Shown here: one piece after another, positions 1-13,292 of the stretch
How positions within the stretch are numbered: position 1 is the stretch's first letter
How the letters are laid out: every line of letters begins with the position of its first letter
Assembly (NCBI GenBank): GCA_017654855.1
Contig: CM030333.1
Location: 2,170,001 to 2,234,000 of the forward strand
Length of the DNA: 64,000 nt
Direction: 5' to 3'
Source: Podospora anserina
Taxonomy: Eukaryota
Notes under the pieces: generated by a model
Seen by the model: only the letters and a program-made list of their open reading frames with translations
The model's database searches: none
What the model was told of the DNA's origin: nothing
Position numbers and translations under genes: made by a program

Positions 1-2105
1 GCCCCGATCTTGCTGTTGCGGAGGATGCCAGTGGCCTTGTCACTTCTTGATCCGATCTGGGTCCACCCCCCTCCCCTGGCCGCGCACCTTGTTGCCCAAC
101 CACGCCCCTCCCTAGTGCTCTCACACTTGCCCTTTTTCTCCCGCAGCCACCAAGCAGCAGACACTGTACACCACGCCTCTCCTCCGAGTAGGATCGACAT
201 CGATGATTGGCTTCAAGGCTTGAGGCAACGTCGACAACGGTCATGCTTTCTTCCGTGGAGTCGACACTGAGCTAATGTGAGGCAGAGCCAATCACCCGCC
301 CAGAAACGCTCCAGCCGAGATGCCATGCACGGCTTGTACCTACCTTTCCATGCATCTCTCTGAGCGTTCTTCGGCCTCGTGCTGCTTGCTCTCGGTCTTG
401 GGGCGCTCTGATGTTCACTGAACTGTGGAGCGGTTGCGTGTGTCCCTGCACTGTACAGTGGGACAGACAGTCTAGGAGGTCAGGATTGCTATCAAGAGGA
501 CACGAGGGCGACCATGTACCCAGCGGTGCCTGCTCGTAACCCATGGTAGAGCAACCGTGTCTCGTCTCCCTTGAGCATCGGATGTTTGCATCGGTGTCAT
601 TGGTCCAGTAGACTCCCTCTCGCCTACAGACAACTGCGGTATGCTCTGGCACTCTGACCATGCCCAGGTCCCTGCACTATATGCGATGTGTATGCCTGTG
701 TCTTCACGACCGCCCTATGACGGACCCATGGCACCTCTCCACAGCCTGGTCAACTTCTTCTTTTCTTCTCTCAACGGCCTTACTTGCAGCACCGACGACG
801 TTGGCCTTGGCACGAGCGTTTTCCTGTCCGTTTTTGGCCTGCTTTCAAGTGCCAGCAACTGCCCCCCTGTTGGTTCCATCAACTTCCTGGCACGGCATTA
901 GCCATTCAGCCGAGATCTTATGGGCCAGCTGCCACGATAGAGTTCCGTCACTCGCATCAACCCTTGCCTGGCCAGAAAAGGTGAGGGCAGAAGAACGGTG
1001 TGGCTCAGCTCTTCCCCCATCCTCTAGAAAGCGAATATCACAATACCGGTGGCCATAGCTTGGGGGTTTCGTCTAATCGAAGGCCCATCCACTGCCCACC
1101 CCAGACAACACACAGGGCCCCCAGTAGACTTAGCCGTTAAAGCTACCGTCCTCTGTCAGGTACCAGGTACCCCGATCTCTCCCCAGCCCTCTCCTGCCAC
1201 TGTTGCGGTAGGCCGTGCAGCCCCTGTCCTGTATTTGAATGCGGCCTCGACATTTCTCCGTGAGGAGTGAGCCCTCCGCCGGTATTAATCCTAGCTCTGT
1301 CCTACCCTGGGGCCAAGGTGCTGAGGAACCGTCTTAATACCACCAAGGGCAACCCACAAGAGCTTCATAGCTCCCGCCCTATCCCATTCCACGGGATCAT
1401 CCAACTGCAGACGGGCCCCCGCCGAGCATCTTCCTGGCCAACCTTGATTTTATACAAGATATGTTCCTGCCTTTGGGTCCCTGGTAGCCAAGGAAACCTC
1501 TCCCCTTTCCCCTTCTTCCCCTTTGCCAACCACGACAGCCTCTCCATCACCCAAGGCGACAACCACGGTTCGCCAGACCTCAGCTTGGACAGCGTTCGTG
1601 TAGATCAGTTGGTTAATACCCGAGCCCCGTGGTTTCCTGTCCTCGCCAGCACACACACGGCGGCTCCCTCTGATCTTTCTTTTCACTGGTGGGCCTGGTC
1701 TCCTGGTACGACGCATCTGCACATCAACCCCAAAGAAAAATCGCGCTCGAACCGCCACCGCACATTTTGCCCTCCTCAGTGCACTCATCCTGTTTGATCA
1801 TCGAAACCATCCGGACCCAACTCTCGCTCATATTCGCATCGCCTGGGAACTTTCAGTCTTTGGATGCCAGGATCTGCCGGGCAACGATCACCTCGACCGA
1901 ATCCAGGACAGAGGAGGTAGCGGATCCGCCTACCTGGCGCTGTGGATGGTGATGTGTGCTCGGGATTTCTGATATACTCGTTCTGCGCAGGCCGGCAACG
2001 ACTCTCGCTTGATTCCATCCAGACCGCCTCTCCATACCGACCACTGGCCCCTGAGCCCAGCCAGGAACTCCTATCTTCTTCAACGTCGGTCGACAATCCA
2101 TCCCA

Positions 2106-4404
2106 ATGCTTGTTACCAGGCAAAGCGCTCCGGAGCAGAGTTCTTGGTCCATTGGCAAATTTGAAACGGCTTTTCACAAGTCCGCGGAAAGCCTACGTAT
2201 GTCGAACAGCTACGACGCGGTGACGCAGTCAGACTGGCAGGGTCAGTACTCATTTCTGCCGCCAGGAGACAACAACATCTTCTCTCAGTCATATGAACAT
2301 GTGACGGGTTCAGTGGACCATGCGGATTCGCAAGCGCAGCCGCGGAGTGTGGCTGCGCCAAGCAACGCCTTAGACATCGAGGCGCCAAAGCGGGAGAGCC
2401 CTCCATTGGGACACCACCGCTTAGATCCTCTTGGTCTACGACAGCCAAAGCAGCCATCGCCAATTCCAGAGCAGCCTGGAAACCAAGGGGAACAATATGC
2501 GCAAAAAGCAACCGAGTCGGCACACGAGGAGCCATTGGCATCGACCGAGACCCCCGGCATGTCCTTGGGCTCCAACCCCCTGAGTTCAGTATCATCCACG
2601 GGTCAAGGGCCTGAAGTAGGCCCAGGTCAACCAGGGAACGAGAGCCAGACGGTCATCAAGGAAGAGGATGAGGAGGTGCTGGAGGACGAGGAGATGATAG
2701 AAGGGGACGGAGATGGTGATGCTCAGCCACAACCTCAGACTGCGGCTGAGAGGACCGCCCAGCGACGCAAGATGAAGCGCTTCAGGTAAGAATCAGGGAA
2801 TTTTTCATGGGGAAAATGGGGGTCTGACCGATGTTCACAGACTTACGCACCAGCAAACCCGATTTCTGATGAGTGAGTTTGCGAAGCAACCACACCCAGA
2901 TGCAGCTCACCGCGAACGTTTGTCTCGCGAAATTCCGGGACTGAGTCCACGCCAGGTGCAAGTGTGGTTTCAAAACAGGTCGGTCTTCGCTTGACAAGCC
3001 ATTCGGCTCTAACCATTGCTGATATCCTGCTAGACGCGCCAAAATAAAACGTTTGACGGCGGACGATCGTGAACGTATGATCAAAATGAGAGCTGTCCCC
3101 GAGGACTTTGACAACTTGGGCGCTCTCCACTCCCCATACGGTGCAGTTCATGGACTGGGAGCCCCTATGGCGTCTCCTGTTGATCTTGGAGGATCGTCGT
3201 ACGACCATATGATGCGCCCGCTAATGGTGGATGTTCGGCGATCTGATGGAGATGAGCACCTCTCACCCACCGGTTTGAGCCCTGCCTTTGGTAGCATAGG
3301 CTTCAACCCTTCGAACTCGCTCAGTTCGCCCGACATACTTTCTCCATTATCACCAACATCGACCGATCGCTACGGCTACTCGAGTCATATGTCGTCGGGA
3401 CCTTTGAGTGGTGGGCCAAGAACATCGAATCCATTTGCACGACAGCCAAGCATCGACAGCAGCATGCAGATGCATAGTCATCATTCGAGACAACAAATAC
3501 GGCCCCTGCAGCCACTTCACCTCCGAGATACCATGACGCGATCACGCTCCGACTCGTTACAGTCGCCTCTACGATCCAGCATGTCCTGGAAGGGCGATTC
3601 TCTTGATTACACTACTTACCACGGCGGAAATCCATCTCCTCAGTTAGGTGGTCGGCCACACGGGTTGTATCAGCAGGATCAGGTTGGCGGATCATCTGGG
3701 AGCGGGCTAGGGGGCTATGATTCGAGCAGCTACTCTGGTAAGCCGCGGCGGCACTGCAGTTGAATCTCGGTCTGAAAGCCACAATGCTAACCCAAAGCAC
3801 AGGCTCTACTGTACAATCCCCAACTCACATGAACTACCCGAATTACCAATCCTCTAGCCTTCAACAAAGCCAACAGCGTGGGTCACGTCTGCGAGCCGCC
3901 TCGGCCTCATTACCACTTGGCCTCGATCTTCGAACCCAGTACCGGTCCTCTGTCGGGTCCGGCAGCATGCAATCAGCGACTCATTCTCCAGGTCCACGCA
4001 CGACATCAACCTCACAATTAGGGGGCGTGTCCTCTAGTTATACCGCGAGTTTTCCATCGGCCCCTCTTACCGCCCCTGTCGACTTCTCTTTGCCTCGCAC
4101 GCCCGGATACCGGTCAACAGGAGGTGATTATTCGATGCCACAAATGAGCGCCCCGATCGCGCCACCAAACGACTTTTCCCAGGCCTTCCAAGCGAGCATG
4201 AGCAATTCGAGCTCGAGGACACCAATAAGGGATTCTTTTGGGGGTGGTCATGGACCTCTGGGCTTGGGACAGCAGAGCCAAAGCTCAGTCGATCGCAACG
4301 ATGACTATTCGCAAGATCCGCTCGGTATGAAGCGCAAGCGAAGCTTTACGGCGGCCACATCTTCTGCGAACTCGGGGCCGAGTGTGTATGGAGCAACGTC
4401 ATGA
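2106..4404 (+). CDS. pah1: Homeodomain transcription factor, Pah1/KAL-1 type; exons 2106-2785, 2841-2978, 3034-3737, 3803-4404 (alternative in-frame ATG at 2199)
   Basis: Removing GTAAGA..CAG, GTCGGT..TAG and GTAAGC..CAG introns gives one 707-aa frame. It contains the homeodomain RRKMKRFRLTHQQTRFLMSEFAKQPHPDAAHRERLSREIPGLSPRQVQVWFQNRRAKIKR with the WFQNRR helix-3 signature. The ortholog name is from recall of the Podospora Pah1 / Neurospora KAL-1 family. Confidence 0.88.
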
Positions 4405-6944
4405 AAGAGAGCATCATTTTGGGCTACCATTTCCAAAGCACACAATATTTCTCTCACGTCGAAATGTACAAAACCGATACAATAACTACTGTTACACCAC
4501 CTCTTCCCCCGCCCCCCCCCAATATCTAGGAGCGGCTTCTTTTTTCTTTTCCTTTGGCTCGGTAGCTTTGTTTTTTTTTTCTTCTTTATTTGGCTCGGCG
4601 GCCTATCTATCTTCTTCTCCAACGAAAACACGAACGAGAAATACCCACCACGATTGGCTATTTTGGAACTATCTACTATGATGACACGGCGGGGAACGAT
4701 TTGCTATACGTTTTTTGGGTACGCACGCTTGAAGCGATGGGTGGCAGGCAATAGTCCGCATTCTACAATGAACGGGTCCGGTTGTCTACAATACAATACC
4801 ATTTTTCCATTTTTTATTTTTTTGATGATGACAATGTATGGAAAAAGGCGGACTCATTGGGCGAAGGAGGTGGTTGTATTTTTTTCCCTTGGGGGGTGGG
4901 GCGATGGGGCCAGGTATTGGAAAATATCAGAAAACAGATGTTTGGAAAGCAACTTTTTTCCACATTGGAGCGCATTTTGGGGGGTTGTTTTCGTAAGGTA
5001 TGGTACGCATTGTGTCGTTGTGTGGTGCCTAGTCTATTTGCTGTTTTGGCGTTGGGTTGGTAAGGGGAAGAAGAAAGGGGTAAGGGTTAGGGTACGGAGA
5101 GGGACGTTGAACTCGCAAAAGGCTTCCTAAAGGCAAGGCGGGTTGGGGTGGTTCAAGGGATGATGGATGTTTTTTCATGGTGTATATAACACATTGGATA
5201 GACAATGAAAACACAAACCCTACACAAATAAGCTTTTTTTGCCCACTTATTCAGATCTAGACGCAACACAGAACGACAGACAACAAGATGGAGGGCACCT
5301 CGGAATCTCAGGGGAAATTCAGACCATCCTATCCCCATTCCCAGACCTCAGCCAAAGCTCTTTTCCTCCTAGGTAGGGGGTAATAGATAAAAAACAACTG
5401 GATAACCACAAGGAAGATGGACCTCCGAGATAGAGCATCACAGCGTTACGTTGACTAGGTAGAGGACTACACACGGGCTGGGATGGGGATCTGGAACTTG
5501 CAAACTGAATGGACAGGACTGGACAACACACGGCATTTTTGGCGGGAGGCGGAATACGGGATGGCCGTCCGGTCGGGCGGGTTAGGTTGGAGGTGGTGGT
5601 GGTGCCCTTTTTTTTTGACGGCAGAGGTGTGGTCCGTTTGTTACTTTTCCTCACATACATACCAACCGAATAGCAAGTCTACTGCTTACTACACCGAAGC
5701 TAAGCTGAGCTGGGGTTTTAGCCAGAATCTTTCTCGTCGGTTTGCACTAGAGAGATGGGCTAGTGAGGGGGGAAACGTTGCGCTCCAAGGACGGATGATG
5801 CCATGCCATGGGCTGAAAAGCAAGAAAAATAACATGCCCTCTTGCCCCCTGTATCTCGTCTGTATCATGCTTGGGGTAGGTAGGTCGGTTCCGTTTGACA
5901 GACCGGGCGTACTACAACTGACAGGCCCGCTGACGCCCCCCACACTCACTTTCACACGGATTACATACACACATCTCAAGGTAGGTATGCAACCACCGAG
6001 CATCATTATGCTTATGCACCTATCTTGCGTCGCGTTAATCTATCAGGACCACCCGCTGAACGAGAAAGTGGTTTCGACAGGAGATCTTGCATGAGGTGTT
6101 CAGCAGCATCAGAGCAAAATTAAAAGCCACATGGAGTTAACTTATCAAATAAATCCGGAGAGGGCTTGCCGAGCGTGGTAACCCACCCTCCATTACATGC
6201 TTGCTCGACAGTCGGGTAAGGAACAATGTCCGTAGGTATCCAGCCCGAGTTTCTCATCTCTCAGGTAAGAGGAAGCCTTTGTTGGGGAGTAGCAATGTGT
6301 CTTGCGAGATGACCTCAACACACCAAAATTTCTATATTTCTTTTCCTTGATATCACGGCGTCTACCTAGTGAGGAACGTTGATGAGACCACAGAGGGAGG
6401 TGCGTCAAAACCAACCTAGGTAGGTAAGTGATGAGATTGCAACTCAACGAACCATTCCATCCCACCCACTGATCCCCCAATCTTGGTAAATGCACACACA
6501 CTGAATTTTCTCACTGTCAGATCATAATTACACAATGCCATCCCCCAAAACGTTGTATCTCCTCCTGGCAGGCAGGCAAAGCTGTAATCTCGGCCGAATT
6601 CCTCGGAGCCTTGCCCTATTGTTGTGATGTAGGTGGTTCGATGCTGCTGTCCTCCTCTCAGCACGACATGTCGACAAAAGCAACCGGCTTCCCATTTACA
6701 AGCCACAACTACCTAGCCCAGATAGGTGCGTCATTACCCACACTGAGTGAAAACGGGCCGTTATGGAACACCGAGATGAGGCCGTTGCGTTTCTTGCCTC
6801 CCTCAACCAACCAGATGTTACAAAGCCAGCCTGATGGCGTTTTGGGGGCCTTGAATTCCTGACTTGACTGTAACGGTGCATCTTGGTAGTAGTAATTACC
6901 TCATCTCCCCTCTCACTCAGGTACACGAGCGCCTCTCCCTCCAA

Positions 6945-6945
<1 letters not shown>

Positions 6946-6983
<38 letters not shown>
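6946..6983. repeat. (CA)n microsatellite
   Basis: Uninterrupted CA run seen directly. Confidence 0.95.
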
Positions 6984-6987
<4 letters not shown>

Positions 6988-9900
6988 CTCCAGGGTAGTA
7001 CTGCAAGTAAGATCTGATATGCAATTAAGCGTGCGGAGATGCCGACGACGACACACAAAAACAAACAGAACCAATTCCCGCTCCAGCGCAAGCCAAATGA
7101 CAAGGCTTGTTCATCAAGCGGGAACGTGCTGTTACGGATATGAGAGAGATAGTAATCAAAAGGCGGGCGGAAACACACACAAACCTTGCCCTTCGGCAAA
7201 CGGCGTCGCGGGAAGCCCTTCGGCGGAGGCATCTCGAAGTCTTCCCAAGTGGGAAATCCCACTCACCACGCAACTACTTGTCATCAGTACCATCTTTTTG
7301 CCAAAACCCGCCCACAGCCCGCCGTCGCAATGCACAAACAACATCCATGATCATGATCCATCCATCCAGACAAAACCAGGCGGAACAAAAACATTCCCCT
7401 GTCTGTCGATTCACCAGACCGTCATGCTTGTTTCTCCACGTCTCCCATCATCCAACCTCTTCACCCAGTAGTGGTATTATCCCCTACTTTCTCTGAAATC
7501 CCTCCAGGTACCAAATAGTCCAACAACTCGCCCCAAAGTGAGGGGTGGTTTTTAACCTGTTGTCTGGGGTAGTCCCGGGGTCAAGGTCTGATCGGAAAAT
7601 AACAGAAATTAAAAAAACGTGCCCTCCGGTTGTTTAAACTTGCGGAATGAAACGCCGCCTACCGCTTTCTGATTGGCACGGGAACATATGCTATTCTACA
7701 ACAGCAGAGTCCTGACAGCAGCAGAGAAAGGCGCAACTTTCTCAATGACGCAAAGAGATCGTCGCTAGTGCCGTGGTTTTGCTGCTACGTTAAACTCGAC
7801 ATCACCACCACCACCACCACCCCGCACCTTGATATTTGATATAGGGAAGGGGGGATGTGATATCAATGGCGTGTGTTGGCTTAAAACCTTGGACATATCG
7901 TGCTAGAAAACCGGGACCGGGTGGGGGAGAGCTACTTACACACGCTTGCAAGCTTCCCCAGATCTTTACTTCATTTCAGGCAGTTGAACCGGCTGATCTA
8001 CTTTCACCGCTGTCATTGCGCCCCTAAACCCCCAGCCCAAGACTTCACAACTCCCGGAGCAGAAAAACAACATGTCGGACTGCCCATCAGGGGGCCTACC
8101 CTGCATGGTGTAACTCTCTCTACCGGCTGACTTATCGCCTTGCGCACTGGCTGGGGCGCGGCGGGGGCATCTCTTCGGGGTGAGACTGCACCGATGGTGC
8201 CCACGATGCCGACCAGGAGCCTGTCGTGTTCCCCAAGCAGGCGTCCATCTGCGGGCCTGTACAGGCCGGTGCTAGCCCCCCTCCACAACGTGATGCTCGC
8301 TCTGCAAGCCAACAGACCATTCATGTGTTTGGCAGCTTCGTGTCGCCCACCCTCCAGCGAATATGGCGCCTTGGGGGCAGGTCGAGACACCAAGACATGC
8401 GAAGACCCGTCTTGGGATGGCAACTCGCGGGCGTGTGGGCGAAGTAACTCCCCGTCACATACCGTTATCGGCTTGAGGGTGTGTCTCTGTCAGTGTCCAC
8501 CGGAGCTACGGGCAGAACACGGATATTTCCGCGGCTGTCTTGTCTCGTGCTTGAGAGAATACGAGGTTGCAAAGAGACAACCACGGGGTGGGATTTCGTG
8601 ACGGCCATGTATCTGGGAAGAGATCCGTCCTGTCCGTTACCCAAGAAGCAGAGAAGAGCCGTGCCACAGCATCTCTGTTCCATGTCAGCTCCCCAATCTC
8701 TCAGCACCTCAGGTCTGACTTCCTGGATGCACAAGCAGGAGGGTGGATGGGGCGCCTTGTCAGCGCGCCTCCTCGCTGCAAAGCACACGGCAGCTGTGCA
8801 GATACTTGGCGTAGAATGGACTGCCTCCGTCTGCACGGTCTTCCGAAGTGGGCAGAGCCCAGGCTGTGGGGAGTGGGATGGCATGGTTACCATGAGGAAG
8901 GGGTAGAAGGGTACCGCCCTTCACAGGTAACAGCAACGCTACCCCAACCCAAGTCGCCCGGCAGGTATGGAGGCTTTGATCCATCCGCCACAGATGCCAC
9001 GATGGCAGTTGATAACCCATTCGAGCAACAGGCTGAGCAGAAGCGACCATGCATCGCAGCCAACCCTCGCTCGAAGGGCTAGACCTGTGCCGACCTGCCC
9101 ACGTCCCAAAGGCAGCCCAGGTGAGCCGAACAGGTCCGGCGTAGTGCGGTGGAGCATGGCGATGTGATTCCATACCCGAATGGGGCGTCGCACCTCAAGC
9201 ATCCGCAGAAGAGCGGCAGATCCTACGGCTTCCGACTGCCGAAGAGATTCTTCATGGAACAAGCTGATGCTTCTTCTTCGGAGACGTGGTGCCCCATTCC
9301 CGGTCAGCGAAATGAAAGGCCTGTTTCGCCGGTTGAAACAAAGCCGGGATCGATTTTGATGCAGGCTGCCGTGTCAGCTCTGACCCGACAAGCCCGAGCT
9401 GTGTGGTTGCGCTTGAGTTAGGCGACGAAGAGGGCAGCAGCGAAAGCGGAAGGAGATTGCTGATGACATCCCTCAGCCAAGTGTCACCGGCTGCGATGAT
9501 ACCACCCTGCGGACCCACTTCCCCGATCTCTCACCCAACCCCTTGGCAACCGGCAGTGCACGAGCCACATCGCGGACTCGGAGAGGCCCACTGATTGCCT
9601 CAAGGGGAATGGCTCGTCCACTTTTCTCCCCGCCAGATCCAACGGCTGTTAACTTTGATGCGACGTCTGTTAACGATAACCACCCAAGTCACCTTCCGCG
9701 TTTAACAAGATAGCCACCTACGACTCCAGCATCTTTTTTTGTCTCTATTTCAGAGACTTGGTGAACTCATTCTGTAGCTCTTTTCTTCCTCAGCATCACG
9801 TGTTGGGCATCGTTCGAGACCGGAAAATTTCACGTATAAGACCGTCGGGAACGACGCTGTGGACTTGGTTCAGTGACACTCTGGTCGTAGCAGCCGACGT

Positions 9901-12900
9901 CTGGTCTGCAACGTCACCAACCTCATGGATGGTAGCGACTGAAGGAGCCTGCGATTCCTGACTGGTCCCGCCGTCCGGGCCATTATCTACAACCCGAAAC
10001 GGCCAGCTTCTCGTCGCCTGCTGCCCTTGCTCATCAGCTCAACAAAAGATGGACAGACAATGGAGATGATGGATGCATGCCAGGCGCAGGCGAGTATCCG
10101 GCATCTGCTGTATCCCGTTTTCGCATCCCATCCCATGCTGACGCCTTCTCCGGGCACTCGTCTTGTGCCCCTGGACCCATGACCTGGTTGAGCCTTCTGC
10201 GGTTCAGAAGCAATCTACACTTCACTCGGCTAAATTAGCTGTGCCTTGTTGGATGGAGGCGACCTGTCCGCCCCCTACAGAGAACCCGACAGCTTCGCAT
10301 CTCTTGGCCCTCTACGAACTGCTGCTGCCAGCTGCCCGCCGCATCCAATCTATGTATCTCTCGGCTTTGGGACGTGCCCACCAGAGAGGCCCGGGGCCGG
10401 TTCCAAGATGGCATCACCATCACCGGACTGCTAGTACCGGGTAGATAGCCTGGCAGCGGGAGCAGAGAAAGACGCAGGCTCAGAACGCTACATTACCAGT
10501 CAAACCTCTGGTTTCTTCCGCTGAAGCCGTCGACAGCCCGCATAGGCTCAATCCTCGCAGCGTCACCATCGAGAACAGCCAGCCCAGGCTCGGACGCTGT
10601 TAGCGAGATCAATAGTCCGTGAAAAATGAGGGCAGAAAAAGACGTCGGCCACTCAAACTTTGTCGAGCCGTTCAATAGCGCGCGTCTGTCTGATGTGCTG
10701 TTGCGACGGCATCAGCTTTCTGGGCTTCACGGCAGATTGGTCGCGAATCTCGGTCCGCAGTTGAGCATGCTGAGAGGCCGTAACATCTCCGGGCTTAGCC
10801 AGTTGAGCTCTGGGCATTCAACACCAATAACTCCAGTCAAGCCCAGGGGTCCGGTGCAACCAGCAGGGACCAGCTTCGCGGCTTTGGTGAGCACGACTTG
10901 ACCAGCGTGACTGATTTTCCACCGCCCCCGCAAGCCTGCCTACTCGGTCGCCACTATCGCCCGTCGGTGGGTCTTTTTCTCTTTTTTTTCCCTCCTGCGT
11001 CTCCGTATCTCGAAAACGGGGAGGCCGTCAGGTTGGAGCAGGACCGGAACACGATGCCGGTACAGTGCAGAGACTTGATCTTTGTTCGCCCGGGAGGAGT
11101 GGTTCTACTGACTCAGGTGCCGTGATGAGATTATGTCGTTCTCAAGGTTGCATTCCGGCCGGGCTGAAAGAACGGGTGGGTGATATGTTTGGCCATAGCT
11201 TTTTGGCTCGAAGTACCAGAGACATATGGCGACTATCAGACTTTCTGCCAGGCCCCCACTGCGTACTGGACCTGGCGAGGGGAGGGGAAGGGGTAATCCC
11301 AATCTTTGTTGTGGTGACCAAGTTTTCCTCCTACAACCACCTGGGCTTGGGCCAAGAGGGAATGCAGCCCCCTTTATGGTTGTGATTGAGTCTTGGAGGC
11401 TCAGGCATATTCTGATCTGGCTCTCCTGGCGAGATTTGCGTTCAATCTAATAGTGATCTCTCGTAGATGAAGGAGAAGACATTCACGAAAGCTGCTTAGT
11501 GTTTAATCAAGGGGTTAATTGTCAGGCACAAATTAAAACGTGTGTTTTCCGTCTACCTGGTTCACTGTGTATGGCCCACGGTGAAGCGACTTGCTGGCGG
11601 GTAATGGTGCCTGATTCCCCCCGTGTCGGACAAGCAGTTGATCTGGGTGGTGGCTTTGGCGTTGATGGAGAGAACCAAGGCCATGATATTAACGTTGATG
11701 AAAGTAATGAAGAAGTAATAATTCTAGACAATGAATGTCGTCGGACGTTATACCTTTTGTGCTGTGCTGTGTCGATGTTTGGGCATATACCCGAGATTGC
11801 CTCACCGAAAGATGAAGCCGGTGTAGACTGGATAGAGTTCTATGCAGGCGAGCAATATCCCACAAAGAGAGCTGGAGATTGCGAGCAGCTGCTTGTTTTC
11901 ATGTTATAGAAGCCTGTGTCCCTTTCAACAAGTAAAACTTCCTTCCCAGGCTTTGAACGCCCGCTCATGCGTCTGTCAACTTCCGACCACGAACCGAACC
12001 CATCGACGACAGGCTCCACCATCGAAAGAAACACCCGAGCTTCAACAGCCCAGACATTGACAAAGCCAGACACACATCCAGGGCAACTGCAAAGCACGAG
12101 CGAGTTCAAATACACCATCTCCTACTGAACTCAGACCCCGTCTCAAACTTTCCCTGCCCCTGGTCTCGAGCCAGTTTCTACCATTCCAACTCGTCTTCAC
12201 GTCTCCGGCCCGCGGCACACGAAGTTCAAGAACAAAAATAGATCAAACAATACACCAAGACCGAGCGAGTCCCTTCAGTCGTTGCCTGACCCATCATCTA
12301 CTTCCAGGTTCTATCCGTCCCCCCTGGCAGTAACGCTGCTAAATTCACGGGCTAGCAAACGCAAAATCTTCTACCCGAATAACTACACCAGAACCGTAAA
12401 ACCGTCCCGAAGCCACGAGCCGGCTAGACGGAGCAGAGCAGACCAGCACAGCATTAATCCAGCGCCTGACCGCCAACCCAAACAAGAAACCCCTCGACTA
12501 CGCACCGACTCGAAAACCTCGCCCCGAAGCTACCCTCCCCAACACAACACACGATGCTAGGTAGCCTTCACTGCTCAGCTACCTGCCTGTATCGCGGAGC
12601 TTACCTGGATAGGCGGAAGACGAGCTGGACAGAACGCAATCGACATTTGCTTTTGAGGGGAAGGTGGACACAGTAAGAGTAGGTGGGTATTTTGTGTGTG
12701 TGATCAACGGGGGCAGGCATTCTCAGGTAGGGATGATACAGACCAGACGCACAATACAAAGGGCCCGGGGGGAACACGGAACAGAAAGAAAAAGAAGAAA
12801 AAAAGGCCAAGTGCTGCGAAACACAAAAGAGCATTCTAAAAGATTATGAAGAGGCTAGCTAACCAAGGTGATGTGATGTTCATAGGATGGGAATCTCTAA

Positions 12901-13292
12901 TAAAGTACAGACTTTAGCTATTTGGTTTGAATACTGATTGTCCAAGAGAATCAAGGGAAAATAAAGATCGTATTATGTGTGCCTTGTCCTAAGGGTGAAC
13001 TGCCTGTCCCCCCATTGCCATGTCCGTCAAACTATCCCCCATCTAAGCACCTCTACATCCAGCCATTACGCACTCTAAACCCGCTCTGCTGGCGGGCTTT
13101 ACCATACCTGCCTTATATCCCTCTCTAAACACTATCCACTGACGATTTATACACACACCAAATCACTCCAAGCCTCTCCCTACATATCAAGTTCTATTGA
13201 TCTCATCCCCCGTACTCTGCCCCCTGCTCAATCTCCTCCTGGTAACCCCCCCCTCCCCACCAACCTCTAGCCCCCTGCTCTCCCCCATCTCC

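Noticed and set aside
5079..5096. GGGTAAGGGTTAGGGTA, telomere-like or telomerase-template-like sequence
   Set aside because: Only one perfect TTAGGG inside a generally G-rich 3'UTR. It does not contain the TAACCCTAA template I expect for filamentous-fungal telomerase RNA, and I saw no supporting structure.
6428..6504. Possible C/D-box snoRNA (GTGATGA..CTGA..CTGA)
   Set aside because: No terminal stem and no guide sequence I can recognise as rRNA or snRNA complementary. These short boxes occur by chance.
7900..11450. Numerous 60-170 aa ORFs in the gene-free interval
   Set aside because: No recognisable domains, overlapping in all frames, and no consistent splice model. Kept only as part of the gene-free-interval finding.
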